DNA of 64,000 bases from Schizosaccharomyces osmophilus (Eukaryota): positions 682,001 through 746,000 of the forward strand of contig NC_079239.1 in assembly GCF_027921745.1 (NCBI RefSeq), in the 5' to 3' direction. The notes under the pieces were generated by a model. That model was not told the DNA's origin. It saw nothing but the letters and a program-made list of their open reading frames with translations, and searched no databases. Positions 1 to 10,938 of the stretch are shown here, piece after piece (within the stretch, counting starts at the first letter, position 1; each line of letters begins with the position of its first letter). The translations under genes and the position numbers were made by a program.

Positions 1-3000
1 ATCATGTAAAGCACCCAGTGATTCAAACCAAACAGTCACGACTTTTTCTCGCTGGTCGACTAAAAACGAAACATTAGTTTCTATAAGAATAGAATAAAAT
101 TGGCTGCTTAGTGATCGCTTCAGTCGTGTATTGCGGATTCGTTCCCAAGATTCAGAACCAAAATCCACATAGTAACTCCAATCGTTAATTTTAGCTTCAA
201 CTGCAGAGCTAGCGCAAAGTGCCATGCATTCCATTAAAGGAATTAATACAGGACGAAATGATTTGTATTCACTTTCATCGCTTCCTACTAATGTAGATAT
301 AGTCTGATATAGGTAAGGTGAAACATGCTTCCTTAACAGTTTAGCTAGTTCACAAATTCGTTCAAATTTTTCTTGCTCGATCATTAATTCAGTATCATCA
401 ATGTAGTCATTTTCGAAATAAGCATCTTGACTATCAGCAGAGACGACATTAGTTACTGTTTTATCACGAGGTAATTGACAGGCAGAGTGATAAGTGAGAA
501 ATTTTTTTAAAAAATAAGTACATTCAAGTATAACCTTTGAGGGCAAACTTGACGAATTCTGAAATATGAATTGACTACAGTGAAACGTCAGCAAACAGTT
601 TATTCTTCGAATGTATACTGAAGGATTTGGTATTAAAGCTTGAAGCGAGTAAAAGGCCACTAATAGGAAGTCTTCCAATTGGCCTTGGGAATAAGCAATA
701 AGTTCAATTTCATCGAGACCCTGATCTGAGAATACCAATGATAAGTATTCGTTCAAAGTGACTTCCATTAACGAATCAAGCCAGTTCATACAGGCATCCA
801 ATTGAGCGTCCGATCCATACAGTAGTATATATCGCATCAAATATTGCCAAGCCTTTAAACTAATTAATCGCGCTTTGAGATGCGAGCCTTCAAATATGAC
901 ATTGTCTCGTATTCCATTTACGTTTGGTTTGCAGTTCTCTGGAGCAACCCAAAACAATGATATTAATAGAGTATGTGTATGTTCGAGAGACATATAGTCT
1001 TTCATTGAGAAAGGAATCTCTCTTCTATACTGTCGGGCATGAAGTGGTTGAAGTCTTGAAACGATTCGACGTATTATCGAAGTGTTTTTAGAATCGCATT
1101 TTAGCCTTTGAATTGAAATAATCACTGTTTTGAGAAAAATGACAAAACACGTATCAAGCGCACTTATGTGCAAATCGGGAGACCTGTCCAGTGATTTTAT
1201 AAAATCTGGAAATTCTGAAGCAACATCTTCGGATGACTCATAAGAAAGATCAATAAATTTACGATGACTGAAGAAGTCAAAGATAGCAGTTAAAACGGAT
1301 GCTACTTCTGACCAAAACCATTCAGATATCAAAAGATTAATTCTTAACAATAAAACTCGTAAATAACGTTCTGTGACTTTAGGATCGATGCCCTTCTTTT
1401 GTCTTTCAAAGGTACTTCGGCACGTTTTGAGAACGAGAGGCCAATAACTATGACTGGTAGGGCTTCCGGCGACACCGAGGTCATTAAACTGAAACACTGG
1501 AGATACTGTGATTATAATGTACCATATCTTTTCCATCTCTAAAATTGATAACTCAGGGCCATCCAAACTCAAATAATTATCGACCTGCTCCCATAAACTT
1601 CCGTATTTTCCAGTACTAAGAATCAGAAGTTTATTCAAAATGATCCATGTCTCCAAAGAAATCACTGAGAAGGGGTTTGTTGGTTCAGTCGAAGATCTAA
1701 GACAACGGTAGCATTCTAACAAATCAGTCTGTCCATAACTCAGCAGCTTACTTATCAACTCTCTTGCCAAACGTATGGAATTTCTAGACGAAGAGCTAAT
1801 AATCTCGTATTGTGCACAGTAAAGAAACTGAAACGTTAAAAAAAGAATGTTCAGTTTAAAGAAAAACTGACTCTCTTTTAAAGAAATAGTTGACATGCAT
1901 CGATCAAAAAACTTAGTAAACATTTCCAGAAAAGAGGAACTTTGGCTGGCAATGTTTGTTTGATCAGACAGTTGCAGATTGAGCAAATAACCAGAGCAAA
2001 ACGAGAAGAGATCATAAGCATCTTTAGCATAGTTATTATTAAACACCGGGAGTAGATCCACTATTAATTCGAAAGCTTCTTCTAACTGGCTGTTTGTCTT
2101 TGATACCTCGTCAGAGACGCTAAAATGACGAGAAAAAGCATAAATACGTTTCGTAGGATTCGCTGATTCCCTCTTTAATATATTTTCTAAGTATCCATTC
2201 CGAAGAAGGCTACCCTCTGGTAGACTAATACCAGACTTAAAGGGAACCACATTAAAAGTAACAGAAAAAGAGCCAACTTTAAAGAAATGTTCGATGCTAG
2301 GTGAACTATTAGATCCTTTGGAAGAGAAAATTAGCTGACCATAATCATCGCGAAGGATACGGTTTGCTTTCTGTTTTCTCGGTAATTTACTAAAGATGGA
2401 CGGCACCGTTTTCGAGTCGTTCTGGTTAGGATTAAGCAAATGACTAGAGTTCAGACTACCCTTATTCCCTAAAGAGCTATGAACACTCTTTAGCGAATCT
2501 TCAGGTTTATCAACGAAAAGCTTATCCATGGAACTTTGAGGGAAAGTATATGGTTGCTTTTGTTTCTGTCTCTGAGTTTTAGGGTAAGAAAACAAAGCTA
2601 AAAACTTCTCTCTTTTCTGTGAAATTTCCTTCTGCTTTCCCGTCGACGAATTGGATTTTATAAAGTCCTCAGAAGGTGCCTTTTTACTGCTGATTTTAGA
2701 GCTCTTATTTCGTGACAAATCATTATTATGCCGAACATCCCTTTTATGGGAAGCCTTTGGGATTTTGGTGAAGGTGTCCTTAATTAACAAATGTTCACCC
2801 TGATCCCAATTATCTATCACTTGTTCAACTTCCTTCTGATCGGATACCGAATCAAACAAAAAATACTTGTTAGAGCTTCTTTGTGTTAATTTTGATTTTT
2901 TCTTCGGTACTTTTGAAGCAGCCCGAGAGAATATACGTAGAAACTTTGGGGCCGGTTTCCCTGTTGTGTTATAAGTATGCGTTGCTAATAAGCCTAAGTC

Positions 3001-4254
3001 AACAAAACTGCGCTTATTTTTTCTTCTTCTTTTTCTGGGAAAATCATCTGGGTCTTCGTTTTGACTTTGAGGGAAGCTCGCAGAGCGGAAGGTTGGGATG
3101 CTGGAAATATTTGCAAGCAAAGAAGGGTCTTGTTCATCTTGATTTTTCGTTTGGCTTTCCTTAGTGAGAGAGTTCGTAAAAGCTGTCTTATCAAAATGTG
3201 GGACTTTGGGAGACGACGAAGGAGTATTATTTTCATAGTGGTCTTGTTCATCCAAAGGCTTTCCAAAAGATAAACTTTTCGTCCTATTTTGATTCAGCTT
3301 CCGTCTCACGATACCTTTTTTTTTTACACCAATAGAATCTTGATTGCTATTATGAGCATCATGAAGTTCGAAGCTTGGATTTTCTTTATCCAACTTTCTT
3401 TTTCCCTGTAATGTTAAAAAAGAAGGGGGAAGAATTCCTTTTAGTCTTTTTTTGTAGACATCAAGCGATGGTGGTACCTTGGTATTAGAACCTGTTGAAG
3501 AAAAAGAGGATGACGATTCCGCATCTTCGTCGTCGTCTTGGTCAGACACATGCGAGAGAGTTAAATCTGATTTTTGAGAAGCTTTATATTCATCCGCGAT
3601 AGTGTCATTCGACTTGAAATTCCGCGAACTATGACTACTTGAAGGCTCATCATCACTGTCGGATAGAATTATACCATGTCGCTTCCTCGTCCTATGAATT
3701 TTTGTTTCCGTTTCCCTTTTATCATCAATGGGAGATTCTTTCTCCTTTATGGTTCCCCTTACTATGACATTAACTGGCCTATGGGCTACCGATCGTTGTT
3801 CTGTTGCATGCTCAGTGCCATGTGGAACAGAAATCGGCGCTAAGCCCATCTTTTTGAATTCTAGCTTATGTCTCAAAAAGTCGTAAGTATAAGGCATCGT
3901 TTGTTCAGGGCGTCGCGGACGAAACTCACGTCTCGAAGTAGAAGCTATTGGGGAAGCATTATTCACCGTTTGTACATCGTTTCCACTTTCGACAGCTCCA
4001 ATATGTTTAAAAGAAGTATTTCGCGTAAGACTCTCATTAATTGGATTGGGTAAAGAAGCGACGGAACTGTTGGAAGACACTGAAAGACCGTTCACGGATT
4101 TGACGTTACTTATAGAATTCCCAAATTCATGATTATTTTTAGAAATGCTGGTTTTCGTCTTTACGACAGAAACCGAAGACGAGATTGTACTTGACCATTC
4201 ACTTCCTGAACCTTGAGAATCTGATACATGGTCAAGAAGTAAGAAATCACTCAT
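1..4254 (-). CDS. mus7: Mus7/Mms22 DNA repair protein (Cul8-type ligase adaptor); 5' part of gene, continues beyond the left edge
   Basis: ATG at 4254 (MSDFLLLDHVSDSQG...). The same frame is open at the window edge (...VVTVWFESLGALHD); the interior was only spot-checked. It is absent from the ORF track, consistent with no stop inside the window. Low-complexity N-terminus followed by a helical C-terminal region; syntenic with SPAC6B12.02c. Confidence 0.8.
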   Translation of the reverse strand, partial: MSDFLLLDHVSDSQGSGSEWSSTISSSVSVVKTKTSISKNNHEFGNSISNVKSVNGLSVSSNSSVASLPNPINESLTRNTSFKHIGAVESGNDVQTVNNASPIASTSRREFRPRRPEQTMPYTYDFLRHKLEFKKMGLAPISVPHGTEHATEQRSVAHRPVNVIVRGTIKEKESPIDDKRETETKIHRTRKRHGIILSDSDDEPSSSHSSRNFKSNDTIADEYKASQKSDLTLSHVSDQDDDEDAESSSSFSSTGSNTKVPPSLDVYKKRLKGILPPSFLTLQGKRKLDKENPSFELHDAHNSNQDSIGVKKKGIVRRKLNQNRTKSLSFGKPLDEQDHYENNTPSSSPKVPHFDKTAFTNSLTKESQTKNQDEQDPSLLANISSIPTFRSASFPQSQNEDPDDFPRKRRRKNKRSFVDLGLLATHTYNTTGKPAPKFLRIFSRAASKVPKKKSKLTQRSSNKYFLFDSVSDQKEVEQVIDNWDQGEHLLIKDTFTKIPKASHKRDVRHNNDLSRNKSSKISSKKAPSEDFIKSNSSTGKQKEISQKREKFLALFSYPKTQRQKQKQPYTFPQSSMDKLFVDKPEDSLKSVHSSLGNKGSLNSSHLLNPNQNDSKTVPSIFSKLPRKQKANRILRDDYGQLIFSSKGSNSSPSIEHFFKVGSFSVTFNVVPFKSGISLPEGSLLRNGYLENILKRESANPTKRIYAFSRHFSVSDEVSKTNSQLEEAFELIVDLLPVFNNNYAKDAYDLFSFCSGYLLNLQLSDQTNIASQSSSFLEMFTKFFDRCMSTISLKESQFFFKLNILFLTFQFLYCAQYEIISSSSRNSIRLARELISKLLSYGQTDLLECYRCLRSSTEPTNPFSVISLETWIILNKLLILSTGKYGSLWEQVDNYLSLDGPELSILEMEKIWYIIITVSPVFQFNDLGVAGSPTSHSYWPLVLKTCRSTFERQKKGIDPKVTERYLRVLLLRINLLISEWFWSEVASVLTAIFDFFSHRKFIDLSYESSEDVASEFPDFIKSLDRSPDLHISALDTCFVIFLKTVIISIQRLKCDSKNTSIIRRIVSRLQPLHARQYRREIPFSMKDYMSLEHTHTLLISLFWVAPENCKPNVNGIRDNVIFEGSHLKARLISLKAWQYLMRYILLYGSDAQLDACMNWLDSLMEVTLNEYLSLVFSDQGLDEIELIAYSQGQLEDFLLVAFYSLQALIPNPSVYIRRINCLLTFHCSQFIFQNSSSLPSKVILECTYFLKKFLTYHSACQLPRDKTVTNVVSADSQDAYFENDYIDDTELMIEQEKFERICELAKLLRKHVSPYLYQTISTLVGSDESEYKSFRPVLIPLMECMALCASSAVEAKINDWSYYVDFGSESWERIRNTRLKRSLSSQFYSILIETNVSFLVDQREKVVTVWFESLGALHD

Positions 4255-4536
4255 CCTAGTAACCCATTTGGAAAAAACCTACTTTAATTTTTTTAATATA
4301 AAAGGAGAGTAAATTGCTGGAACCTATCCAGAGTGGGATATAGGTGGAATCTTCAGTAATGCTAGAAACATTGTCGGTGAAATTTCAAAGTTGAAGTAAC
4401 AAACCAAGTAACAAGCATAGAGGAAAGAATTCAGTAAAATACATTTATAGTCAGTTTCATTGTATAATAAATTAGCTTCATCTAATGACAATTTCCTAAA
4501 GATGCACCTCTATTTGTTTGACTGATACTGTAAGTA

Positions 4537-5466
4537 TTATATACATGATATAGGGTCCTCAATTGTTTGGTTTAAGACGAGAGAGCGAAGCCAATTCAAC
4601 AAAATAATATCGCATTCCTCAATTGGTTTAACCAGAAAAATGATTGAAATCATTTGTAAAAGTGATACTCGTTGAGAATTCTCTAGTTTTGGGAAATCGG
4701 TAGCAGCATTGCTTATTTTCTTCAATTTGGGAATAACTACAAATGTTCGAAAAGCCCACAAGCAAAGGACTTTCACATCAATTTGTTCTGATTTTTTCAG
4801 CCAGTAGCTCTTCATCGGCTCTTCGAACAACTGTGCAATTTCAATTCTCTCAAACGTGATCGGTAAAAAGGTGGCTTCTATATACGGGAGAGATTCCGAG
4901 TAAAACATTCTCCACTCTTCTATAAGTTCAATGGTTCCATGCAATTGCTTCCTAATTCCATTCATCAAGGAAATATCCACTGTCAAACTTACACGAGCTG
5001 TTTCAATAAGATCATCAAAATCGCGAATTGCTTCACACGCACTTATACACCTTAATAGAAGCAAATTCAATTCCTCTACGACAATTTGCTTTCTCCAACT
5101 GTCCGCATCGCTTGTGTTGGTACGATGTTGAGGAAATAGAGGCCTCATGGCAAGGTTTAATTCTTTCCAGGCTAAAAGTACAGTAGGGGGATCGTTGTCA
5201 CTTTTCTTGCACCGAATGTACTGCTTATATTGTTGAACGAGAAAACCGGCTTTACTTCTTCTTGGAGTTATGGACTTGACCGATCCCTTGGAAAGGATCG
5301 ATTCATTCGAGATGGTTCTTCTTTTTTTAGTTGTGGTTTTTGACTTTTCAGGGTTGGAAGTGATGATTCTATTTCGTTTTTGAATAAATATGTTAATCGA
5401 GAAACCGTCTGAATATTCCAAGATAAGAGGACCTATACGAATCCTCCGAATTTTTACAGACTTCAT
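4537..5466 (-). CDS. bit2: HbrB-domain protein (Bit61/Protor family, TORC2-associated)
   Basis: 309-aa ORF with HbrB-like motifs (W..FYSESLPYIEATFLPI, LWAFRTFVVIP); position of SPAC6B12.03c. Confidence 0.7.
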   Translation of the reverse strand: MKSVKIRRIRIGPLILEYSDGFSINIFIQKRNRIITSNPEKSKTTTKKRRTISNESILSKGSVKSITPRRSKAGFLVQQYKQYIRCKKSDNDPPTVLLAWKELNLAMRPLFPQHRTNTSDADSWRKQIVVEELNLLLLRCISACEAIRDFDDLIETARVSLTVDISLMNGIRKQLHGTIELIEEWRMFYSESLPYIEATFLPITFERIEIAQLFEEPMKSYWLKKSEQIDVKVLCLWAFRTFVVIPKLKKISNAATDFPKLENSQRVSLLQMISIIFLVKPIEECDIILLNWLRSLVLNQTIEDPISCI

Positions 5467-5974
5467 GTTCCTTCTTTCTTTTTAGAATAAACAGAATATG
5501 TATGGCACCAAAATGCAGACGAATTGGTAAAATTCAGGGCATAAAAAGGCAGTACATATTTGTTTTGTTGAACTGAGTTATGTTTTATGTGTTTTCTACG
5601 TAATCCGCAACCCGAGCTTAAATAGCTCGGCTAATTTTCATCCTTCGCTACCAAGAAGTCTATTTTAGACTAAAGTTGAAGACATTAGAAGAAAAGAAAA
5701 GTTTTGATCGAGGTCGAGCATTATTAACTGGACATGAATGGAATCTTTTTGAAGCTTGCGTTATTTTATTTTATTTTTTAATGCTTCTTTTGAATAATTC
5801 ATCCTTTGTTTTGTTTCCATAGAATGCACTGTTTAGCAGTGGTTATAAATTCTTTAAATCATATACCGATGAGAACTAACGCTCGCAATATCATTTCGAT
5901 GTACAATTTACGTCTGAATTTCTGTTTTTTGGATCGTATTCATACTATACAGCATTGAAGCCTTTCTAGACAGC

Positions 5975-6187
5975 ATGCCTGATTTGACGCTTCAATATAC
6001 CAACGAACTTGATCCTCAGCACTCTTGCTCCAAGGACCTGACGGTGGAGGAAGACAAGCAAACCTTCTATGACTCTTTGAAGCACCAAGTAAGAGCATTG
6101 CAGGAATACTCCAATGCATTCTTTACAGAAAAAATGAAGTATGAGACGAAAATCGACGTTCCTGAAGAGCAACCCATCATGCTCTAA
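5975..6187 (+). CDS. gon7: EKC/KEOPS complex subunit Gon7
   Basis: 70 aa with a Gon7-like motif LKHQVRALQEYSNAFFTEKM; syntenic. Confidence 0.75.
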   Translation: MPDLTLQYTNELDPQHSCSKDLTVEEDKQTFYDSLKHQVRALQEYSNAFFTEKMKYETKIDVPEEQPIML

Positions 6188-6344
6188 ACATGCAAGGAAG
6201 TACGACTCATTTAAGGAGGTTGTTCACGAGAATACGAGACGTTGTTAGTTTGTATTTTTTTATTTGATTTTGCATGAAAAAAAGTTTGAAATTGAACGAG
6301 AATCATCTGGAGGTTCTTTCATTGATTGATGGAAGTTCATATAT

Positions 6345-7610
6345 CTAAATGAAATGATTTAGCTTCTGTAAACGTTCAGCACCTTCTTCTAGGGTTTCGT
6401 AAGTTTTGCAAAAAGAAAACCGAAGGTAATCTTGGGCCATAGAGGCATCTTCATCTGTGTAAAACTCGGTAGGGGGGATGGTTGCGACACCGATTTCTTT
6501 CAGCATCCAAAAGCATAAACGAAAATCTCGAGGACGTGACAGGATGTGTTCTGGGAAAGGATAGTTTTCAGGCATCTTTACATTGGCAAAGTTGGCCATC
6601 ACATAATAGCTACCATCAGGGATTGTATAAGGAATGCCAAGTTGATCAAAGGCCTTTGCCAAAATGGAGAACCTCTTTTTATACGACGAAATGTAATCAT
6701 CCCAGTAGCCCACCTTGTCAGCTTCCTCAAAGGCAATCGCTGTGGCCTCTTGTAATGGACTGTTGACGCAAAAGCAGATCCGCGTATGGGCAGCAGCAGA
6801 ATGATTTATAATGCTCTCATCTCCAATGATCCAGCCAACTCTCCAGCCAGTGCATCCAAATGTTTTACCGCCAGAGCCAACCGTGATAACATGGCGAAAT
6901 AGTTCTGGACGAAGGGTAGCAAGGCGGACAAAAGGGGTGTAAAAAAGACGATCATAGACTTCATCTGAGACAACGAGCAAATTGTGTTCCAGTACAATGT
7001 CTGCAATTTCGTTCAGCTCTTCTTCAGAAAAGACTTTTCCAAGAGGATTATGGGGAGTATTGATGACAATCATTTTTGTCTTGTCTGTGATTGCAGCACG
7101 CAACCTATTCATGTCGAGCTTCCATTCCTTGGCTGATACAGGGCGCTCGGCTCCTTCCTTGGGTGGAATCATGGGTACATATACAGGAACACCGCCATTC
7201 ATTTGAACATTGGATACATATTGGTCAAAGAAAGGTTCCATTAAAATCACTTCATCACCTGGATTTAAGTAGGCTGCAAAAACGCTGTAAAATCCTTCGT
7301 TTGCACCAGCTGTGACAACAATTTCCGTCTCTGGATTTAGCTTACGATTAAATAAGGGAGAATAAGCTTTTGACAGGGCATTTCGAAGATTAATACGGCC
7401 ACGAGTGTGGGAATATTGATTGCAAGATACATCATCAATACATTTCTTAGCAGCGTCCAAGACAAACTTGGGTGGATTATAGTTAAAAAATCCTTGACTC
7501 AGGGAAACTGGAGGCACTTTACATTCTGCTGTTGCCTGGTTTACCATAGTCCAAACGTCTGGACGACTCCCAGCAACCCGAAAAGATGGGAGTATGGTAT
7601 TTGTAGTCAT
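6345..7610 (-). CDS. Class I/II PLP aminotransferase (kynurenine/glutamine transaminase, Bna3-like)
   Basis: First ATG at 7610 gives 421 aa. Motifs NTPHNPLGKV, SDEVY and SGGKTFGCTGWRVGW (PLP lysine). Confidence 0.92.
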   Translation of the reverse strand: MTTNTILPSFRVAGSRPDVWTMVNQATAECKVPPVSLSQGFFNYNPPKFVLDAAKKCIDDVSCNQYSHTRGRINLRNALSKAYSPLFNRKLNPETEIVVTAGANEGFYSVFAAYLNPGDEVILMEPFFDQYVSNVQMNGGVPVYVPMIPPKEGAERPVSAKEWKLDMNRLRAAITDKTKMIVINTPHNPLGKVFSEEELNEIADIVLEHNLLVVSDEVYDRLFYTPFVRLATLRPELFRHVITVGSGGKTFGCTGWRVGWIIGDESIINHSAAAHTRICFCVNSPLQEATAIAFEEADKVGYWDDYISSYKKRFSILAKAFDQLGIPYTIPDGSYYVMANFANVKMPENYPFPEHILSRPRDFRLCFWMLKEIGVATIPPTEFYTDEDASMAQDYLRFSFCKTYETLEEGAERLQKLNHFI

Positions 7611-8112
7611 TGCGAGAATCTTTGTAGGTCGAAACACCTTGAAAAACTTTTTAAAACTGGTTTTCTTCCTAAAAAATGGAACCTAATGTTCAATAAAATT
7701 GTTCACGTAGGTTTTCTATGTGAATATTCATGGCGAAACCAATTTTTATAAACGGTTGACAATCAGATAAGCTAACGAAATTTTGATAAAAAATTACGAA
7801 TGCGGCCATGCTGACGATGAAACAAAATTTATACTTAAAGAAAAACAGTGTTTAATTTGATTTTGTAGAAAATGAAAGAAAAGCAACTTTGTATTTTTTT
7901 TTTTTTTTTTTTTCTTGGCTTTCATTTCGTACTTTTTTCTCTTGTACTTAGTGTACTAGCAATCTTGTGTTTTGCAAGACAACTTGATATATTTGATGTA
8001 TAGTAGTTAGAGATGGATAGATGCAAAAATCATGAATAATATCCTCATTAAAATGTAAAAACTTATGAAAAATCGAGTAAAAACACGTACAAGACTAGCA
8101 GGGATTCACAGT

Positions 8113-9015
8113 TCATTTTTGATAGAATGGATACAAGGAATCTGGTATTATAGCCCGGCTGCCCTCTTCGTTGTTGATCCATCGAATATACTGAAATGGT
8201 TGGTGCATGGAGACCTTGGATTTTTTAATGACTTTCTTAGGTGCTCCTATATCCTCCTGGGCTAACATTGGTGTACGACCACGCCGAGGCTTGTCTGTAT
8301 TAGACTGTCTCTTTAATAGACGATTTATAGTCTCCATTTTTTCTTCCTCTAACTTTTTCTCGCTCTGGTTCTTCCTTCTTCTTGCATTTTCCACCCTTCG
8401 CAAAGCCATTTCTTCATCGGTGAGCTTCTTGCGGCCAGACGTTTCTGGCGGAAGTTCTAACATGTCATCTTCTTCGCCCTCTCCTAATACGCCTTGAAGA
8501 GCTCGTTGTCTTTTTGTCATTCTGGATGAATCTGTTGCTCCTGAAGGTATCGCATTGGAATCCAAATCCTTCATATCAGTGAGATTTCCTTCTTCGTCTT
8601 CTAATTGTTCTTCTTCGTCGAGATCTTCCTCATCGTCCTCATTCTCTCGTTCTTCTTCGTCTTGATCGGACTCGATATAGTTCACTTTTCGTTTTGATGC
8701 ATTCCTATCTCTTTTGTTTCTGGAACTCACCGGTGGACTAACATTGCTGTCTGCCTCCTCTTCGTCTTCCCCGACTTCTTCGTCTTCATCCTCAAAATCG
8801 TCATCTTCACCTTCTTCCTCTTCGTCGTTTCCTTCCAAGGTTTCCTCCAGTTCCTGCTCGTTCAATACAGAGTCACCCTCCTCCGCTGCAAGAGCATCAT
8901 CTCCCAATTCCTCTTTTGTAGAGACGCTTAATGCGTCTGAGTCTGCATTGATATTATCAGACGTCGTTCTCCTGGAAGGCTTCTCTCTCCCGGATCTCCG
9001 ACTTCTAGTTGACAT
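8113..9015 (-). CDS. ies2: Ino80 complex subunit Ies2 (PAPA-1 domain)
   Basis: Acidic N-terminus, then KKLTDEEMALRRVENARRRKNQSEKKLEEEKMETINRLLKRQ. Confidence 0.9.
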   Translation of the reverse strand: MSTRSRRSGREKPSRRTTSDNINADSDALSVSTKEELGDDALAAEEGDSVLNEQELEETLEGNDEEEEGEDDDFEDEDEEVGEDEEEADSNVSPPVSSRNKRDRNASKRKVNYIESDQDEEERENEDDEEDLDEEEQLEDEEGNLTDMKDLDSNAIPSGATDSSRMTKRQRALQGVLGEGEEDDMLELPPETSGRKKLTDEEMALRRVENARRRKNQSEKKLEEEKMETINRLLKRQSNTDKPRRGRTPMLAQEDIGAPKKVIKKSKVSMHQPFQYIRWINNEEGSRAIIPDSLYPFYQK

Positions 9016-9937
9016 GTTGTTCTTCCTTTTGAAAATAAATGAAGACTTGAAATTTTAAGGTCCTTTTAGTTTGAAGATGCCAAAAGACGAATCATACACT
9101 AGTAGTACAGTAAAAAGAAGTCAACAGCGTGTATCAGTTGGAACAAATAAAGAAGACAAATCGTCAAAGTAGGAAAGCAAAAAAAATACAGAATAAAAAA
9201 AAACTACTATTTTTATATGGCAAATTAACAAGTTTGGTGGTTGAAAACTAAAAGTGTACAGACTTGATATAATTTATTTGCGAATTCGCTTTCACCAAGC
9301 TAAAAACTGGATAAAAAGTATGTTTACGACTTTGAGAATCAGTATACGTTGATATGAACTTGCATCTAATTAAAATCCTTTATTCTATTGGTTTTTATCA
9401 TCTTCTCCTTCAAAGCATGAGCGGGCTTCCAATGAACAAATCTGTTCTCTCTCCAAAAAAGAAAAAAATAAAAAAAAGGAAAAAAGGAGAAATGAACGCT
9501 CGTTCCTATTTTAATCCCAATATAATAAACCCCTTTTGTAATTTATCGTTCATGACTGTAGTCTTTTTTGAATATTTAAAGAGTAGAAATGGTCTTAAAC
9601 ATAGTAAGTTCTGATAGGAACAAAAAGTAGATAGATAATTTTATGTGCAGAATCAAGAGTAAAATATCTCATCACAATGGAAACAGGTATTCACATACTT
9701 TCTTCCTTGACCAATTTACGAAATGATTATATTGAAAATTTGCAAAACAAGATTATACTTTTCGTCCAACGAATGTTTTATGGACGAAAATAGTAACGAA
9801 GTGTAATCAAAAAAATAAATATGAATGTCATTTTGGTTTCCTTGCATTACACACAAGGTCTCCCTTGTTACCAAGGATATTCGACCATGGCTACTTCAGC
9901 TTTTTATCACATTGATTTCTCTGGATCAAAGGTGCTT

Positions 9938-10294
9938 TCACCTTTGTTGTTTGCGCTTCAGTTCTCGTTCAGTCGGTACACGATTTGAAGCTTTCAGGAT
10001 TCGACGAATACTTTCAGGAGAAACGCCATATAGATTCCCCAACACGGAGCATGTTAATGAAGGATCATCTTGCTTCATTTGCCGGACTTCATCCATGGAT
10101 TCCTGTGGTAACTTTTTCTTTGGATTCCAACCACCCTGTACCTTTTTTTTCAACGCGAGCTTTTGCTTTTTCCAATCGGGAATCGAATTCGTTTCGTAGT
10201 ACATTTTTTGAATAAGTCCGTGATGGAAAAGGCTTCTGTTTTGATGGTTCAGACCGCGTATGAATCCTAAAGACTTCAATCCAGATGATGGCAT
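9938..10294 (-). CDS. rrg9: Mitochondrial Rrg9/neugrin-family protein
   Basis: ATG at 10294 (MPSSGLK...), 118 aa. Motifs WKKQKLALKKK..GWNPKKKL and VSPESIRRILK. Confidence 0.85.
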   Translation of the reverse strand: MPSSGLKSLGFIRGLNHQNRSLFHHGLIQKMYYETNSIPDWKKQKLALKKKVQGGWNPKKKLPQESMDEVRQMKQDDPSLTCSVLGNLYGVSPESIRRILKASNRVPTERELKRKQQR

Positions 10295-10938
10295 CGTAAG
10301 CGGACTTTGCAAAAAGGAAAAGCCAAAAATAAAAGGCTCATGGACTAATAAAACGGTTACTTTATAAATGATAATGTAAAAACAAACGAAACAGCCCAAT
10401 TCGGGAAAAGACACCTAGTTGCTCTTCAGCTGGTTGTCTTCCTTCGTACACCACTGACTACTAACTAACTCTGGTTACATTTAAGAACTGTGCAGAATCA
10501 CATGCAATTTATTGATTAGTTTAGTTTAATTAATAAATGAAAAGAGCAAATTATTCAATAGTTAAGTAAAAGGCAATTAAACCGGTAAACCCTCTTTAGT
10601 ATACAGAGCTCCATGGCTGGGCATAAAACTCATGGACTAGCATAAAGCAAAGCATAATAGAAATGATAAACGAAAACAAAAACAGGAAAGAAAGACAAAA
10701 GGCATAAGAAACAATGAAGATGTGCAAAAAGGATGGGGATCGTTCATAACATATGGAAAAATTCGTTGTAACAAATCTGCACACTACAACTTTGAAAAAC
10801 AGAAATGTTTTTTCCATACATTATGGCAGGCTGCAACATGACTGTTGTTGACATAAGAGGCGTATGAAACAACCTTGCCTGTAAAGTAAAAATAAATTAA
10901 GATAAAATAAAAAAAATTTTAAGCATGAAGCTGATGCT

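Noticed and set aside
2883..4053. Short ORFs overlapping mus7, and similar shadow ORFs within other long genes
   Set aside because: Antisense or out-of-frame by-products of real coding sequence.
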